Positions 19,827 through 30,779 of a stretch of 64,000 nucleotides of DNA are shown one piece after another; positions within the stretch are counted from its first letter, which is position 1; each line of letters starts with the position of its first letter. The translations under genes and the position numbers were made by a program. The notes under the pieces are model-generated. The model did not search any database, was not told the origin of the DNA, and was given only the letters and a program-made list of their open reading frames with translations. The stretch lies in assembly GCA_965116885.1 (NCBI GenBank), contig OZ220741.1:3616001-3680000 (forward strand), written 5' to 3'. Origin of the DNA: Candidatus Latescibacterota bacterium (GTDB taxonomy: Bacteria; Latescibacterota; UBA2968).

Positions 19827-20687
19827 TCAGGAAAACACCGGCGCCTGGAACACATCCTCGAATTCACCGCGGTCCTTCGCCCGCTGATACTCCCACTCGT
19901 AGGGCGATTCCCTGAGCCTGTTGGGCCCGTTCCTCACATCGTGCCCGATGTTGCTTTGCCTGGGGTAATGGCTGTAGATCATGAGCCTCCGCGGACGACC
20001 GGAAATATTCGGCCTGGAGTTGTGGATCAGCACCGAATGGAAGAGCATGATGGAGCCGGGCGGCGCCAACAGGTCGATTCCCCCATCGAAATCGATCAAA
20101 TCCGGTATCACTTCCCACCCTCTTTTGTTGGGCGGTCGGTGATGTTTTAGGTGCTGTTTGTGACTCCCTGGCCAGACGTGAAGCGGTCCGGACGATTCGT
20201 CGTATGGATCCATGGTCACGGCCGAAGAGATGATCGCTTGTGGGTAATCCTGCGCCAGATAATACGCCCAATCGTTGTGAACCGGAAACCGGTCTTCGCG
20301 ATCGACCAATGGGATGCCCTCGATCGCTTCGGGCAGCGGCTCTTTGTAGTTCAGCTTCTCCTCCATGAGAATCGGCTCGTCCCCCATGAGCTGACGCATG
20401 GGTCCGATGAGTCGTTCGTCGGCAGACACTCCGGCCAGGAATAGCGACAGGTCGTTAATGGGCTGGATCTTGCGCACCATCGGCCCGGTAGATGTCTGCA
20501 GAATATCGAGCCGCCCGCTTTTTCGCCCGTTGGCCAGAGAAGAGTTGATGATGAGCTCGAGTATCCGGTCCGCTTCATGTTGCATGCGAGCGACTTCCTC
20601 GGCGTTGAATGCCTGTGGGAGCACCAGGTAACCGTTCTCGCGGAAGTGCGCCAGGTCTTCGCCTGTGAGTTCTGTTTTCACTGCCAT
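19827..20687 (-). CDS. Phytanoyl-CoA dioxygenase family protein
   Basis: HND iron motif, PGSHK, HNS..N.S..PRR; GGAGG RBS. Confidence 0.88.
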   Translation of the reverse strand: MAVKTELTGEDLAHFRENGYLVLPQAFNAEEVARMQHEADRILELIINSSLANGRKSGRLDILQTSTGPMVRKIQPINDLSLFLAGVSADERLIGPMRQLMGDEPILMEEKLNYKEPLPEAIEGIPLVDREDRFPVHNDWAYYLAQDYPQAIISSAVTMDPYDESSGPLHVWPGSHKQHLKHHRPPNKRGWEVIPDLIDFDGGIDLLAPPGSIMLFHSVLIHNSRPNISGRPRRLMIYSHYPRQSNIGHDVRNGPNRLRESPYEWEYQRAKDRGEFEDVFQAPVFS

Positions 20688-20754
20688 TCCCTCCTTTTTG
20701 GGTCTGCTTCTATGGGAGATAACTTCATTTGAGTTGCACAACTCAAAGCATCTT

Positions 20755-22179
20755 CTATCTCTGCAAACATGACGGATCTACTTCTACAGAATTTGCTGTG
20801 TGTTTGTCCAGTTGATCAGACAATTGGTGGACAACATCTGCATATTCTGGATCTCGTGCTACATTTGTGAATTCTTCTGGATCAGCGTACATATCTGCGA
20901 GGAAGATGTCTTCATCTTCAGGTTTTGGTTTTTCGCCATTGAGCAACACATTTTTATCAAGGCGATACTGACTCGTGCGTATGCAGCTTCGCCGTGGCCA
21001 ACCGCGATTGCCATACCAGTCGCCACGGCCACCATTGGGTGCCATCTTGCTGAATGGCTGGCCATATCCGATTGTAGAGTAGATACAGTCGGGCGGTGGA
21101 TCGGTGAAAAGATCGCGGCCTTTGAATTGTGAAGGTGTCTCGATGTCGGTAAAAGAAAAGAGTGTTCGTGCAATGTCCAGACTGTCGCAGATGTCATCCC
21201 GCACTTGCTCTGCAGGTATGGTGCCTGGCCAGGAGATTAGAAGTGGCACGCGATGCACTGTGGGCGTGTAAGTCAGTTTTTCGAAGGCGCCGGTCTCGCC
21301 AAGTGGATTGCCGTGGTCCGCACCAAATACGATGAGCGTTTGTTCCTGTCGCCCCGTTTTCTCAAGAAAATCTAAGACCCGTCCGACTTGAGCGTCGATC
21401 CAGGCGACCTGTGCGTAGTAGTGAAGGCGTCCTGCACGGAGTTTTTCGGGATCCATTCTGGCCACACCAAAAACTTCGGCAACGCGTTTTTCAAATGCGG
21501 AGAGGGTGTCAGGCAGCGGATCGGGCAGGCCGGGATCTTGATCGTCGAGCAGCTTTACATATTGTGCTGGCGGTAATACCGGTGTGTGGGGCTGAAGAAG
21601 GGAAACGCGCACGAGATAAGGGGAGGTTGCCGTTTGGAGCCAGTGTAGGGCATTTTCAACGACTGAGTCGGGAGGATAGGGTTCGCCGTCTGGGAAAACA
21701 CCGCCGTGCATGCCGCCGTAGGGCGAGCGGATCATCTGCACAGCGTCTTCGCCAAGATGTTCCCAGATTTTCATTTCTCCACCCGTTCCGTCGTGGTATT
21801 GGAAGATTTCATGCTCTGGATTGGCACCTGGACGTATTTCGGGGGCAACGTGAATCTTTCCAAAATTGGCCGTTGAATAGCCGTTCTGTGAAAATACGTT
21901 AGGGAAAGTTTGCAGGATGCGGGGCAACCGGAAATTTGACCATGCACCTTCGTTGTTGTACACGCCTGTGTCTTCGGGATAGAGACCCGTTAGCGTGCAA
22001 TATCTGGAGGCAACGCAAACAGGCGCATTGCAAAAGTTATTTGTGAATCGCACACCGCTGCTCGCCAAACGGTCGAGATTTGGCGTGCGCAACTGCAATC
22101 TGGGATGCCCATAACAGGCCAGCGCATCGGTGCGCAGTTCGTCACAGTAAATCCAGATAATATCCGGTTTTTCAGGCAT
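20755..22179 (-). CDS. Sulfatase
   Basis: CDELR, formylglycine motif CVASR, GKIH, DHG. Confidence 0.9.
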   Translation of the reverse strand: MPEKPDIIWIYCDELRTDALACYGHPRLQLRTPNLDRLASSGVRFTNNFCNAPVCVASRYCTLTGLYPEDTGVYNNEGAWSNFRLPRILQTFPNVFSQNGYSTANFGKIHVAPEIRPGANPEHEIFQYHDGTGGEMKIWEHLGEDAVQMIRSPYGGMHGGVFPDGEPYPPDSVVENALHWLQTATSPYLVRVSLLQPHTPVLPPAQYVKLLDDQDPGLPDPLPDTLSAFEKRVAEVFGVARMDPEKLRAGRLHYYAQVAWIDAQVGRVLDFLEKTGRQEQTLIVFGADHGNPLGETGAFEKLTYTPTVHRVPLLISWPGTIPAEQVRDDICDSLDIARTLFSFTDIETPSQFKGRDLFTDPPPDCIYSTIGYGQPFSKMAPNGGRGDWYGNRGWPRRSCIRTSQYRLDKNVLLNGEKPKPEDEDIFLADMYADPEEFTNVARDPEYADVVHQLSDQLDKHTANSVEVDPSCLQR

Positions 22180-22199
22180 AAAAAGTTCGGCCTTTGTTT

Positions 22200-23477
22200 T
22201 TAGATGTCTTTTTTGGGGACAACTGCGCCGTGTAGCACGAGTAGATCGTGTAAATCAGAAAGCGGAACGTCACCGGGGGTTGTTTCCAAACGCACAGATA
22301 CTGCTGCTGCAGCACCCGCTGCCTGTCCCATAGCCATTGAAGATGCCTGTACTCGCAAAGCAGAATTTGCAAGCCGGTCACTGCTCACACTGCGTCCAGC
22401 GACGAGTAAATTATGACTGTTTTTAGGGATTAGTGCGCGTAGTGGAACTGTTGCAACTGTGCCTTCAGACAGAGGTTGGGGCTTTACACCGTCTTTGTCA
22501 TGGAGGTCAATTGGATAAAAAGAGTACGATACAGCGTCCTCAAAATGTCGGCCACTGGTATAATCATCGTGGGTTATCTGCACCTCTCCAACAATGCGAT
22601 AGGTTTCGCGCACCGCGGTTTCTGCCTGCGCTTTTAAAACGCGGGCATTTTCGCATCCAGGCAGTGAACGTACAAACCGCAAAATCCGCAACAGAGATTG
22701 TCGCCCTGCAATGTTGGTTTTGGTATGCCTGTCAGAGGTCGATGCATCAGCGCCAAATACATGCTGGGCATTTTCTCCGCCTTTTCCAAGGTAGCCGATG
22801 AACCGTGCGCGCGGATTGCTTACATCGCCGTGTTGTAATCGGCCATCTTTCACGGCTGCGATAAACTGTCTTTGTATGACATCTTCGTCCAGCGTATCAA
22901 CATCATAACCACCCAGTTTAAAAATCAATGTGCCCGGTTGTGTTTCTTCTTCGCGCAAACGAGGAAAACCGATCTGGCCCACAATATTTGCTCCGCCCGT
23001 GCAGTCAATTAACTGTTTGGTCAGGATGGTGCGCCGCAGGTTTTTTCCGACGGTCTCGATTTTCCAACCTCTGTCTGTTTCTACAACTTGCGTCGGTATT
23101 TCATAAAAGTGCAATTGCACACCTGCTTGAGTACAGGCTTCTTCTGCAAGTGCCGCATATACAGGGCCGTTGATGCGTATCTGGTGCATCCAATGGCGCT
23201 CAGGAGAGAAGACTGAAAAATCCGGCAGTTGGCCACTGTCAAGTGCTACGGCTTTTACAACCAGTTCCCATCCAATGCCCGCGACAATCTGCTTTCCCCA
23301 GGCATGAAAAAGCCCGGGGAAGGAAACGCCACCTGTTGTGGTGACACCACCGAGTTGACTGCCAGATTCAACCAGAGCCGTGCGAAGTCCCGCGCGTCCC
23401 CCTTGTATGGCAGCAATCGTGCCCGCTGTGCCTCCGCCAATTACGAGTACATCTACATCTTCTTTTATATGCTCCAT
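22200..23477 (-). CDS. FAD-dependent oxidoreductase
   Basis: GGGTAG, IDCTG, RETYRI, LRVQ. Confidence 0.88.
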   Translation of the reverse strand: MEHIKEDVDVLVIGGGTAGTIAAIQGGRAGLRTALVESGSQLGGVTTTGGVSFPGLFHAWGKQIVAGIGWELVVKAVALDSGQLPDFSVFSPERHWMHQIRINGPVYAALAEEACTQAGVQLHFYEIPTQVVETDRGWKIETVGKNLRRTILTKQLIDCTGGANIVGQIGFPRLREEETQPGTLIFKLGGYDVDTLDEDVIQRQFIAAVKDGRLQHGDVSNPRARFIGYLGKGGENAQHVFGADASTSDRHTKTNIAGRQSLLRILRFVRSLPGCENARVLKAQAETAVRETYRIVGEVQITHDDYTSGRHFEDAVSYSFYPIDLHDKDGVKPQPLSEGTVATVPLRALIPKNSHNLLVAGRSVSSDRLANSALRVQASSMAMGQAAGAAAAVSVRLETTPGDVPLSDLHDLLVLHGAVVPKKDI

Positions 23478-23582
23478 ATTTTTTGCTTTCTTTGCTTCAT
23501 TCCTTTTCGAGTAAAAAACGAACCTTTAGTTCGGAAAATATGTGGGATGCTTGATGGATTGGCAATCTCTTTATGTTATCGC

Positions 23583-25178
23583 CTATGCAATGTCTTCTGG
23601 GGTAATGAATACGCCTACGATGTGGCTTTTGTTAGGTTCGTCGCCATAATTGGTGTAATCGACCAGGATGATGCGGCCATCGGGTAAGGTGAGCCAGGAT
23701 GAGTATCCGTGATCAGGACGGGGTTCTTGATCAGGATGGTTGGCATGGATTTGAACGAAGCGGTCGCGCTGATATTGATCGGGGTATTCACCGGAGGAGG
23801 CAGACCAGTTCCACGACCAGTCATCGAAGGTTCGATTTTGCGATGAAAAGCTGACGGATGTCCAGGTGCTACTGCCTGTGTCACTCCATTGGCCAAACAT
23901 GGTGCGCATATCGGGGCGGGATGAGGTATGGTCTGAGATGTGTGTTTCTCCGCGGAAGACGTTTCGGTAAATCATATCTTCACCATCAACCTGTATGCGC
24001 AAGAGGCCGCCCTTGTGGCGATAAGCGACTTTTCGTGGTTGTGAGAAGTCGATTTTTTTATGCAAATCGGTGCGTTCGAGCCTACCGAGGGAAATGAAGT
24101 CAGAGCCGATGTAGAGGATATCGCCAATGCTGCCACAAGACATAAAGGCAATGGGTTCTCCTGGTGGGCCTTCGACTTGCACTTCAGCTTCGAAGTTGAC
24201 GGTACTGAAGCGATCCTGTGGCGGGAGGAGGCTGTAACGGCATTCGTGCTCGGGTTTGTGATGGATGGTGAGACCATTTTTATTGCGTGTTGCACTGTAT
24301 TTTCTGCGGGGACCACCGATAGCATATGTTCCCGCTTCTTTTTTGAGGTCGCCAATCCAGGCATAACAGCCAAGACCGCCGTTGACGTGGCGACCTGTGA
24401 CCATGCAGCGGCCATCTTCGAGTTGTCTGACATACGGACGATGGAGGGCAAAAGGACACATCTGAGGGGCACTCCAGGTGCGCCCATTGTCCTGAGAGAA
24501 AGCTACAAAACTGGGCACACCTCCGGAGCGGTTTTCGCGCATGACACAGGCGATTTCTTTGCCGCCGTCGAGGATGACAATTGCGCCTTCGCAAAATCGG
24601 TTATAACCATCGTGGGCAACAGTGACCTCATTGCCCCAGGTTTTGCCACCGTCAGATGAAAAGGTTGCGATTTCAGCAAATTCTTGAGCTTCGCGAAACA
24701 TGATATGGCTACCGACGGCAAGACGTCCGTCGGGCAGTTCCATGATGCGATCGGGTTCAAAGCCTCTGATGTTGGGTTTGTAAGGCCCGTCCCAGGTTTT
24801 GCCCTCATCTGTGCTCCACCAGAGCCAGTTGCCGGAGGGCTGGTCTTCGTGAAAATGGCTGAAGTCGTCGTGGTCGCAGATGACAACAATGCGATCATCA
24901 CTTAAGAGGCTGATGCGCGGTGTTACGAGACGCTCATCGCCTTTGCTGCGATCAGCAGTTGCGACTTCGCTCAGTTTGTCCCAGGTTTGACCATCGTTTT
25001 CGCTGTAGAGGATGGTGAGGATTTGGGTGGTTTCACCCCAGTGGGCTTCGGTATCGGAATAAACGAGCAGAAGGCGACCGGATTTGAGGCGAATGATGTC
25101 GGGGTTTTTGGTAAAGCGGCCGGGACTGCGCCAGGCGTCAAAGACTTTGTCGTTGATAGAGCGTGGATGGATATACAT
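23583..25178 (-). CDS. Sialidase/BNR repeat protein
   Basis: Asp-boxes SENDGQTW, STDEGKTW, SSDGGKTW, SQDNGRTW; DHGY. Confidence 0.82.
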   Translation of the reverse strand: MYIHPRSINDKVFDAWRSPGRFTKNPDIIRLKSGRLLLVYSDTEAHWGETTQILTILYSENDGQTWDKLSEVATADRSKGDERLVTPRISLLSDDRIVVICDHDDFSHFHEDQPSGNWLWWSTDEGKTWDGPYKPNIRGFEPDRIMELPDGRLAVGSHIMFREAQEFAEIATFSSDGGKTWGNEVTVAHDGYNRFCEGAIVILDGGKEIACVMRENRSGGVPSFVAFSQDNGRTWSAPQMCPFALHRPYVRQLEDGRCMVTGRHVNGGLGCYAWIGDLKKEAGTYAIGGPRRKYSATRNKNGLTIHHKPEHECRYSLLPPQDRFSTVNFEAEVQVEGPPGEPIAFMSCGSIGDILYIGSDFISLGRLERTDLHKKIDFSQPRKVAYRHKGGLLRIQVDGEDMIYRNVFRGETHISDHTSSRPDMRTMFGQWSDTGSSTWTSVSFSSQNRTFDDWSWNWSASSGEYPDQYQRDRFVQIHANHPDQEPRPDHGYSSWLTLPDGRIILVDYTNYGDEPNKSHIVGVFITPEDIA

Positions 25179-25259
25179 CGAATTCCTTTCTAAAATCTGC
25201 CGATACGTGTTGATCCTGGGATGACGAGGTTGTAGTGAGTACCTTCCATAAGAGTTCCA

Positions 25260-26246
25260 TTACGGCTTCCAGGCGAATCGACCATATCGAGGCGTTTTTG
25301 GAGGCACGATCGGTAACTCCTCCCACCCGGACCTGGTTTCAACCAGGATTTTCAGGCCACCCTTTTTAGGATCTGGAAAAGCCCGAGTCACAAATCCATC
25401 GGGAGACCATGTGGGATCATCACCACGCCCTGCTTTTCGCTTATTATTCCCATCACTATCGACAACCCATACATTCCAGGTTTCACCGATCAGCTTGTCT
25501 CTTTCGCGATCTTGTCTCCCTGTGAATTTGCTCATATGGATCATCTCCACACCTTCCCAATGGGCGATCCACTTGCCATCCGGTGACCAGGCAGGGACTT
25601 TTTGTTCGATGGGTAGCTTGAGGGTCCCGTCATGTTCAGCAGACGTTGGTGAAATTGGTTTGGCATCACTGCCATCGAGATTGCTCAACCAAACCCTATA
25701 GTTGCCGCTTCGATTTGAAACAAAGGCCACCTTTGTTCCGTTCGGCGAGACAACGGCCATCGAATTGCTGAACTTAATTTGCTGAGGATCGCTGAACAAT
25801 CGCCTTGATGCCCTGGTCTCCGTGTTCATGATGTGCAACTGGCTGTTTTCAGCAGGGTGTTTTCCTGGTTTGAATATCATCCATACGATGTGTTTAGAAT
25901 CAGGAAACCAGGAAGGTATCAAATTTCTCCCCGAGTCTGTGAGTACTTTCTGGTTTCTGCCATCAAAGTTGGAGATCCAAAGAGCCATTCCTTTTCCGCT
26001 CTGTTGCACGAATACAATTTTACTGCCGTCAGGAGACACGGCAGGCATCATGCATTCATGATTGGAATTTGTAATTTTGCGCCTGGATGAACCGTCCTCC
26101 TTGATGTGATAGAGTTGTAGTATGTTATTTTCATCAGGGCAACTGACAATAATCTCACGCATTTGAGGCTCTCCAGCAAACAAACCATCTGATACGCAAG
26201 CAATCGCAAAAATAGCCAGGATCAATATTAAGAATGATTTCATCAT
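25260..26246 (-). CDS. TolB-like PD40-repeat protein
   Basis: Signal peptide; repeated SPDG/WSPDG motifs. Confidence 0.85.
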   Translation of the reverse strand: MMKSFLILILAIFAIACVSDGLFAGEPQMREIIVSCPDENNILQLYHIKEDGSSRRKITNSNHECMMPAVSPDGSKIVFVQQSGKGMALWISNFDGRNQKVLTDSGRNLIPSWFPDSKHIVWMIFKPGKHPAENSQLHIMNTETRASRRLFSDPQQIKFSNSMAVVSPNGTKVAFVSNRSGNYRVWLSNLDGSDAKPISPTSAEHDGTLKLPIEQKVPAWSPDGKWIAHWEGVEMIHMSKFTGRQDRERDKLIGETWNVWVVDSDGNNKRKAGRGDDPTWSPDGFVTRAFPDPKKGGLKILVETRSGWEELPIVPPKTPRYGRFAWKP

Positions 26247-26334
26247 ACGTGAAAGGATCGACCTACAGGTTGAAAATCAGAGATTTCTCCACGTTCTAAC
26301 TTCGATCTAATCTCCTCGAAACGTCTGATAATCT

Positions 26335-26715
26335 CTAACAAATGCCTCTAGCACCCTCACCAAGTATCGCCGCCATCATGCCTTCCAGCACATACGGCAT
26401 CCCAAAACTGAACCGCACATCATCCGCGTCATTCGCAAACGCATACACAAACGACTGTCCATCCACCGCATCATTACCCAACCAGCGCCACGTCACCCCA
26501 CCGTCTTCACTCCTCCCAGGACCACGCGTGCCAATCACATTGCTGCCGGTAAAGTGAAACCGCACGGTTCGGCCTGCTGCGCCACGCACCCGAAAATACC
26601 AGTAGAACCAGTCGCGGTCCGTATCGCGCAGATCCTGCCGAACAAACACATCATCACCATCAATTCGCTCAGCGATGATATTCCCACCCGGAAAATCACA
26701 ATCTATCATAATCAT
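26335..26715 (-). pseudogene. M14 zinc carboxypeptidase N-terminal domain fragment
   Basis: DFPGGN...WFYWYFRV...FSFGMPY; similarity then stops and the catalytic domain is absent. Confidence 0.7.
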
Positions 26716-26778
26716 TGAACACGCTTCTTTATGATGTCGATTTGCATTTACTCCTCCACTATCCATTGGAGCGGTAAT

Positions 26779-27294
26779 CTAGATAGACAATGGGCGACGG
26801 AGCCGGATTTGGCGTCCGTTGTCTCGAACACCGCCATCACGTTTCCACCCCATCGCCTCGTAGAAGGCGATCCCGCGTTCATAACCCTTAACAGTCCAAA
26901 CTATCGCTTCATTATAACCGTCGGCAACGAGATGACGAAACGCGAGCGAGGCCAACGCCTTGCCGATGCCGATGCGCCAATACGAGGGGTCAATGGCGAT
27001 GGTATCGAGTTCCCCTAATGTGGCGTCAACGGGATCGCGGCTGGGACCGATGCCGACAAAACCGACAACCTTACCCGTATGCTCTGCGACCCACCACCGG
27101 TGCGGGGCAGACTTGGCAAGATCGCCGCGCCAACGCTCAACAAGTTCTGATGTGACGATGCGATTGGACTGCTCGATGAGTTCACCGAATCCTGCATTCC
27201 ACGAATCGATATATATACGTGTGACGACTTCGGCGTCCACCGCAGCGGCCGATCGGATCGTTGGCCAAGGTTTTCGTGGATGTGCGTGTTCCAA
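26779..27294 (-). CDS. GNAT N-acetyltransferase
   Basis: IAIDPSYWRIGIG, FYEAMGW; TTG start. Confidence 0.85.
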   Translation of the reverse strand: MEHAHPRKPWPTIRSAAAVDAEVVTRIYIDSWNAGFGELIEQSNRIVTSELVERWRGDLAKSAPHRWWVAEHTGKVVGFVGIGPSRDPVDATLGELDTIAIDPSYWRIGIGKALASLAFRHLVADGYNEAIVWTVKGYERGIAFYEAMGWKRDGGVRDNGRQIRLRRPLSI

Positions 27295-27312
27295 CTCGCC
27301 TATTCCTATGTC

Positions 27313-27355
27313 ACATAACGTTTCATTACTCCCGAACCACGAAGCGGTTGGGGGA
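27313..27355 (-). other. attC-like half site (R' side)
   Basis: ACATAACGTTTCATTACTCCCGAACCACGAAGCGGTTGGG is co-linear with the 14851 and 35633 sites. Confidence 0.55.
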
Positions 27356-27714
27356 CGGCGAGCATCGGATTGGCTGATTCTCGCCTTTCAATCTATGCCT
27401 TCGATTGCAGAGATCCATAATTTCCGGCTGATCAGGCAGCGGGCCTGTTTCGTCTCTATATCTGGGATAGCGTGGTTCCATTGGCAACCGTCTTGTTGTG
27501 TGCTGTGCCAGCCTGGGGTGGGGAGCGGACGAACAACACTTGCAGAAATCCCGCCAGATAGGTCGTCTAGCGGGAACCGAAAAAATTTGCCGCGTCTATG
27601 ATCGCCACAGCCTCAGAAGAGATTTTTCAGGTTGGTCGATTTGGTGAAAAAGTGGCACCTACATCAAATTACAATCGGGGCGGGAATAGAGCAGGCGACA
27701 TCAGCATGTTTTTT

Positions 27715-30201
27715 TTATTCATTCCGCAAGGCATCTACAGGATTTGATCGAGCTGCCTTCATTGTCTGGAAACTCACTGTGATCATGGCAATAAGGAAAG
27801 CCAAGATACCACTTAACATAAAGAACTCAAATCCAAGATCTACCCGATACGCATAATTCTGAAGCCACTGCCACAGGGCATAGTAGCCAATCGGCCAGGC
27901 CAAGAGATTTGCAAGTGCGACCAACTTTGCAAAATCACTGGATAGCGACATAACAATATTGGATACAGACGCTCCCAATACCTTGCGAATGCCGATTTCT
28001 TTTGTACGGTATTGCGCACTCAATGTGGCCAACCCAAGTAACCCCAAGCAGGCAATCAAAATACCAAGGGTTGAAAAGAAACCAAAAATATAGCTCAGTT
28101 TTCTTTCATTTTTATAGATTCGATCCAAATTCTCATCAAGAAAAGAAAATGTGAATGGACGATTGGGTATATACCTTTCCCAGACTTTTTGTACAAATGC
28201 CAGTGTTTGAGATAAATCTTCAGATTTGACCTCTAGGTATAGTAGCCTTGCCTCATGAAATTCTGCAACCAATACGAGTCGTCCGATTTTTTCGTCAAGA
28301 GGTTTGTAATGAAAATCTTTGACAACACCGACGACTGTGCCGGAGCGTAGTCCATCTGGGTAGAACGTGCCTCCAACCTTCCAAGCAAATCGTTTCCCTA
28401 TTGGATTTGTCCAACCCAATTGCTCAACCGCTGTTTCATTCAAGATAAACTGCTCGTCTAATTTTTCCCTCAGTCTTTGCGGGTTTGTTGTTTCGGCATA
28501 TGATCGCGTGAAATTCCGGCCTGATACGCATTTAATGCCATAGAAATCTAGAAAATCCTCATCCACGATTATCACATCCATACTGTACGTGGATTTTCCT
28601 TCGGGATGGAATGTCTCTACTGTTGCTCCTTCTCCAACAGGGCCACGGGTGGTTGTTGCTCTGAGAATATTGGGATGCGTCGTGAATGCCTGCTTGATGG
28701 CGTTGTATTGGCTCTTGAAAAGCGTGGGATTGATCATCTGGTTGCTATTCGCTGCCTCAAAAATTGGAACTTCAATAATCTGCTCGCGGTCGAATCCCAA
28801 ATTTTTATTTCGAAGAAATTTCTGTTGACTGTAAACACCCCAAGTGACAACCATCAATAAAATGGCAAGAGCAAATTGTCCTACAACCAAACTCTTGCGA
28901 AGCCGAGTAGAGACGTTTGTAGCGGATTTACCTCTCAACATTGAAACAGGGCGAAATGTCGATAAGACAAATGCCGGATAACTCCCTGCCAGAATACCGA
29001 CGATGAATATAAGACCGAAAAGGCTGAGCAATAACTGGGTTGTGTTGACATTGAGTGTAATAGCGCAATCAAAAAACGAATTGAAAGTTGGCAATGCCAA
29101 TTCTACCAACACCAAAGCCAAGATAAGCGCCATACAAGCAAAAAATATAGATTCGCCCAAAAATTGTGTGATGAGCTGCAATCGGTTTGCACCGACAACC
29201 TTACGAAGCCCGACCTCTCGCCTCCGCCCAATTGCACGAGCAGTTGTTAGGTTTATAAAATTCACACAGGCAATTACTAAAATAAAAATAGCAAGCAAAG
29301 AAAACAAATACACATTTTGAATGTCACCATGAGGTTTACTGGTCTCTGGAGTACCACGATTCTCAATTTTGATGCCATAATCATGATTGGAGTATAGATG
29401 GATGCGGTTTAGGGGCTGCAAATGATATTGAATGTTATTTGCAACTGCTTCGCCCATGTATTTCGGAATCAGATCTGAAAGTTTGCCTTCAAGTTGATTC
29501 GCATCATAACCTTCTTTAAGCAAAATATAGCTTTCTACAGGACGCCCCCCTCTCGGTTTCCAAGCCATCCATTTTTCTTCCCATCGCCCATTTTTAGTCG
29601 CCGATAAAATATCGAACCGAATGGCCGTCTGCTCAGGCATATTTTTTAAGACGCCTGTAACGTGATGCGCATAATCTTTGTCGTCTTCCTCGATCAGAAT
29701 GGTTTTGCCAATCGGATTTTCAGTGCCAAACAGTTTGTGTGCAAGTCTTTGAGTGATTAAAACGGAACCTGGTTCTGAGAGAACCGTTTCGGGATCGCCT
29801 TGAATCAGTGGAAAGTCAAAAACCTGTAGAACATTCTCGTCTGTAAGGCAAAAGGCTTGTTTGTATATTCTCTTATTGTCAGCAATTATTGTTCTTTGCC
29901 AGCGATGGATACGCAAAGCCTCAGAAATTTCAGGATATACATCCTGATTCAAGACTTCTACGAGACCTCCTAATGTGCGCTCACTAAAAGCTGCTTGGTC
30001 AACTGTTTTAGTCTCTCGAATCACCCTGTAAATTTGATCTCGATTCCTTTGGTGCTGATCAAAACCTAATTCATAGTCGATATAGAGGCCTATCAGGATA
30101 CAACAAGCCAAACCAATGGCTAATCCGATAATGTTCAGAGCTGAGTAGAAACGATGGTTTATCAGGTTTCTCAGCATTATTTTGAGATAATTTTTCAGCA
30201 T
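27715..30201 (-). CDS. ABC transporter permease (MacB/FtsX duplicated type)
   Basis: MLKNYLK, IACVNFINL, EVGLRKVVGA, EIGIRKVLGA, NPVDALRNE. Alternative start at 30252; no ATPase gene nearby. Confidence 0.92.
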   Translation of the reverse strand: MLKNYLKIMLRNLINHRFYSALNIIGLAIGLACCILIGLYIDYELGFDQHQRNRDQIYRVIRETKTVDQAAFSERTLGGLVEVLNQDVYPEISEALRIHRWQRTIIADNKRIYKQAFCLTDENVLQVFDFPLIQGDPETVLSEPGSVLITQRLAHKLFGTENPIGKTILIEEDDKDYAHHVTGVLKNMPEQTAIRFDILSATKNGRWEEKWMAWKPRGGRPVESYILLKEGYDANQLEGKLSDLIPKYMGEAVANNIQYHLQPLNRIHLYSNHDYGIKIENRGTPETSKPHGDIQNVYLFSLLAIFILVIACVNFINLTTARAIGRRREVGLRKVVGANRLQLITQFLGESIFFACMALILALVLVELALPTFNSFFDCAITLNVNTTQLLLSLFGLIFIVGILAGSYPAFVLSTFRPVSMLRGKSATNVSTRLRKSLVVGQFALAILLMVVTWGVYSQQKFLRNKNLGFDREQIIEVPIFEAANSNQMINPTLFKSQYNAIKQAFTTHPNILRATTTRGPVGEGATVETFHPEGKSTYSMDVIIVDEDFLDFYGIKCVSGRNFTRSYAETTNPQRLREKLDEQFILNETAVEQLGWTNPIGKRFAWKVGGTFYPDGLRSGTVVGVVKDFHYKPLDEKIGRLVLVAEFHEARLLYLEVKSEDLSQTLAFVQKVWERYIPNRPFTFSFLDENLDRIYKNERKLSYIFGFFSTLGILIACLGLLGLATLSAQYRTKEIGIRKVLGASVSNIVMSLSSDFAKLVALANLLAWPIGYYALWQWLQNYAYRVDLGFEFFMLSGILAFLIAMITVSFQTMKAARSNPVDALRNE

Positions 30202-30294
30202 GTGTCTGCCCCCAAAGAAGTGATTTCGGTTATTGGCAATTTCAGTTCTCATGAAATCAACTCCTTCAAATTTGAAGACCAGACGGGCAGTTTC

Positions 30295-30427
30295 CGCTAA
30301 CGGTGGGTGTGCCCGACGTGTCTGCATATGAGAAAAAATATCAAGTCTTTTCACAATCAGCCCACCATTCAGAAGCAGCTATGTTGGGGAGTAGGGTACG
30401 GAAGGGTTCGGGCACACATTGTTACAC
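30295..30427 (-). other. attC-like site (133 bp)
   Basis: CGCTAAC...GTTACAC ends; perfect 10-bp inner inverted repeat GTGTGCCCGA (30307-30316)/TCGGGCACAC (30408-30417). Confidence 0.6.
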
Positions 30428-30496
30428 GTCTGGCGGCCCCATCGCGCCTATCACGGGCAGACATGCAGTGCGCACCATCAGGCTTCTGATTCTACA

Positions 30497-30730
30497 TTAC
30501 CGGCCTGAATCTGGTTTCAGGTCTGCGTTCCCGTAAATCGTGGGAGCGCCCAGATTTCGTATCGCGTCAAGACTCTCGACCGGGCGGGGTCCGTTCAGCA
30601 CCAAGTCGCCAGCGACCACCAGACGATCATAGGGTTGGCTTTGCAGATCCTCAATAACAGCGTTGAGTGCAGAGACGTTGCCGTGAATATCTGCAATTAT
30701 CGCAACTGAATATGACAGGGAATCATTCAT
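30497..30730 (-). pseudogene. Metallophosphoesterase N-terminal fragment
   Basis: ADIHGN, GDLV, GNAD, then an early stop; later His motifs are missing. Confidence 0.8.
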
Positions 30731-30779
30731 TATCAGGCCAATGGATGCCTTCACCTCGACCACGGCGTGTTGGTTTTCT

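Noticed and set aside
20728..20747. Palindrome TTTGAGTTG-CA-CAACTCAAA
   Set aside because: Single occurrence with no linked regulator, so no function can be supported.
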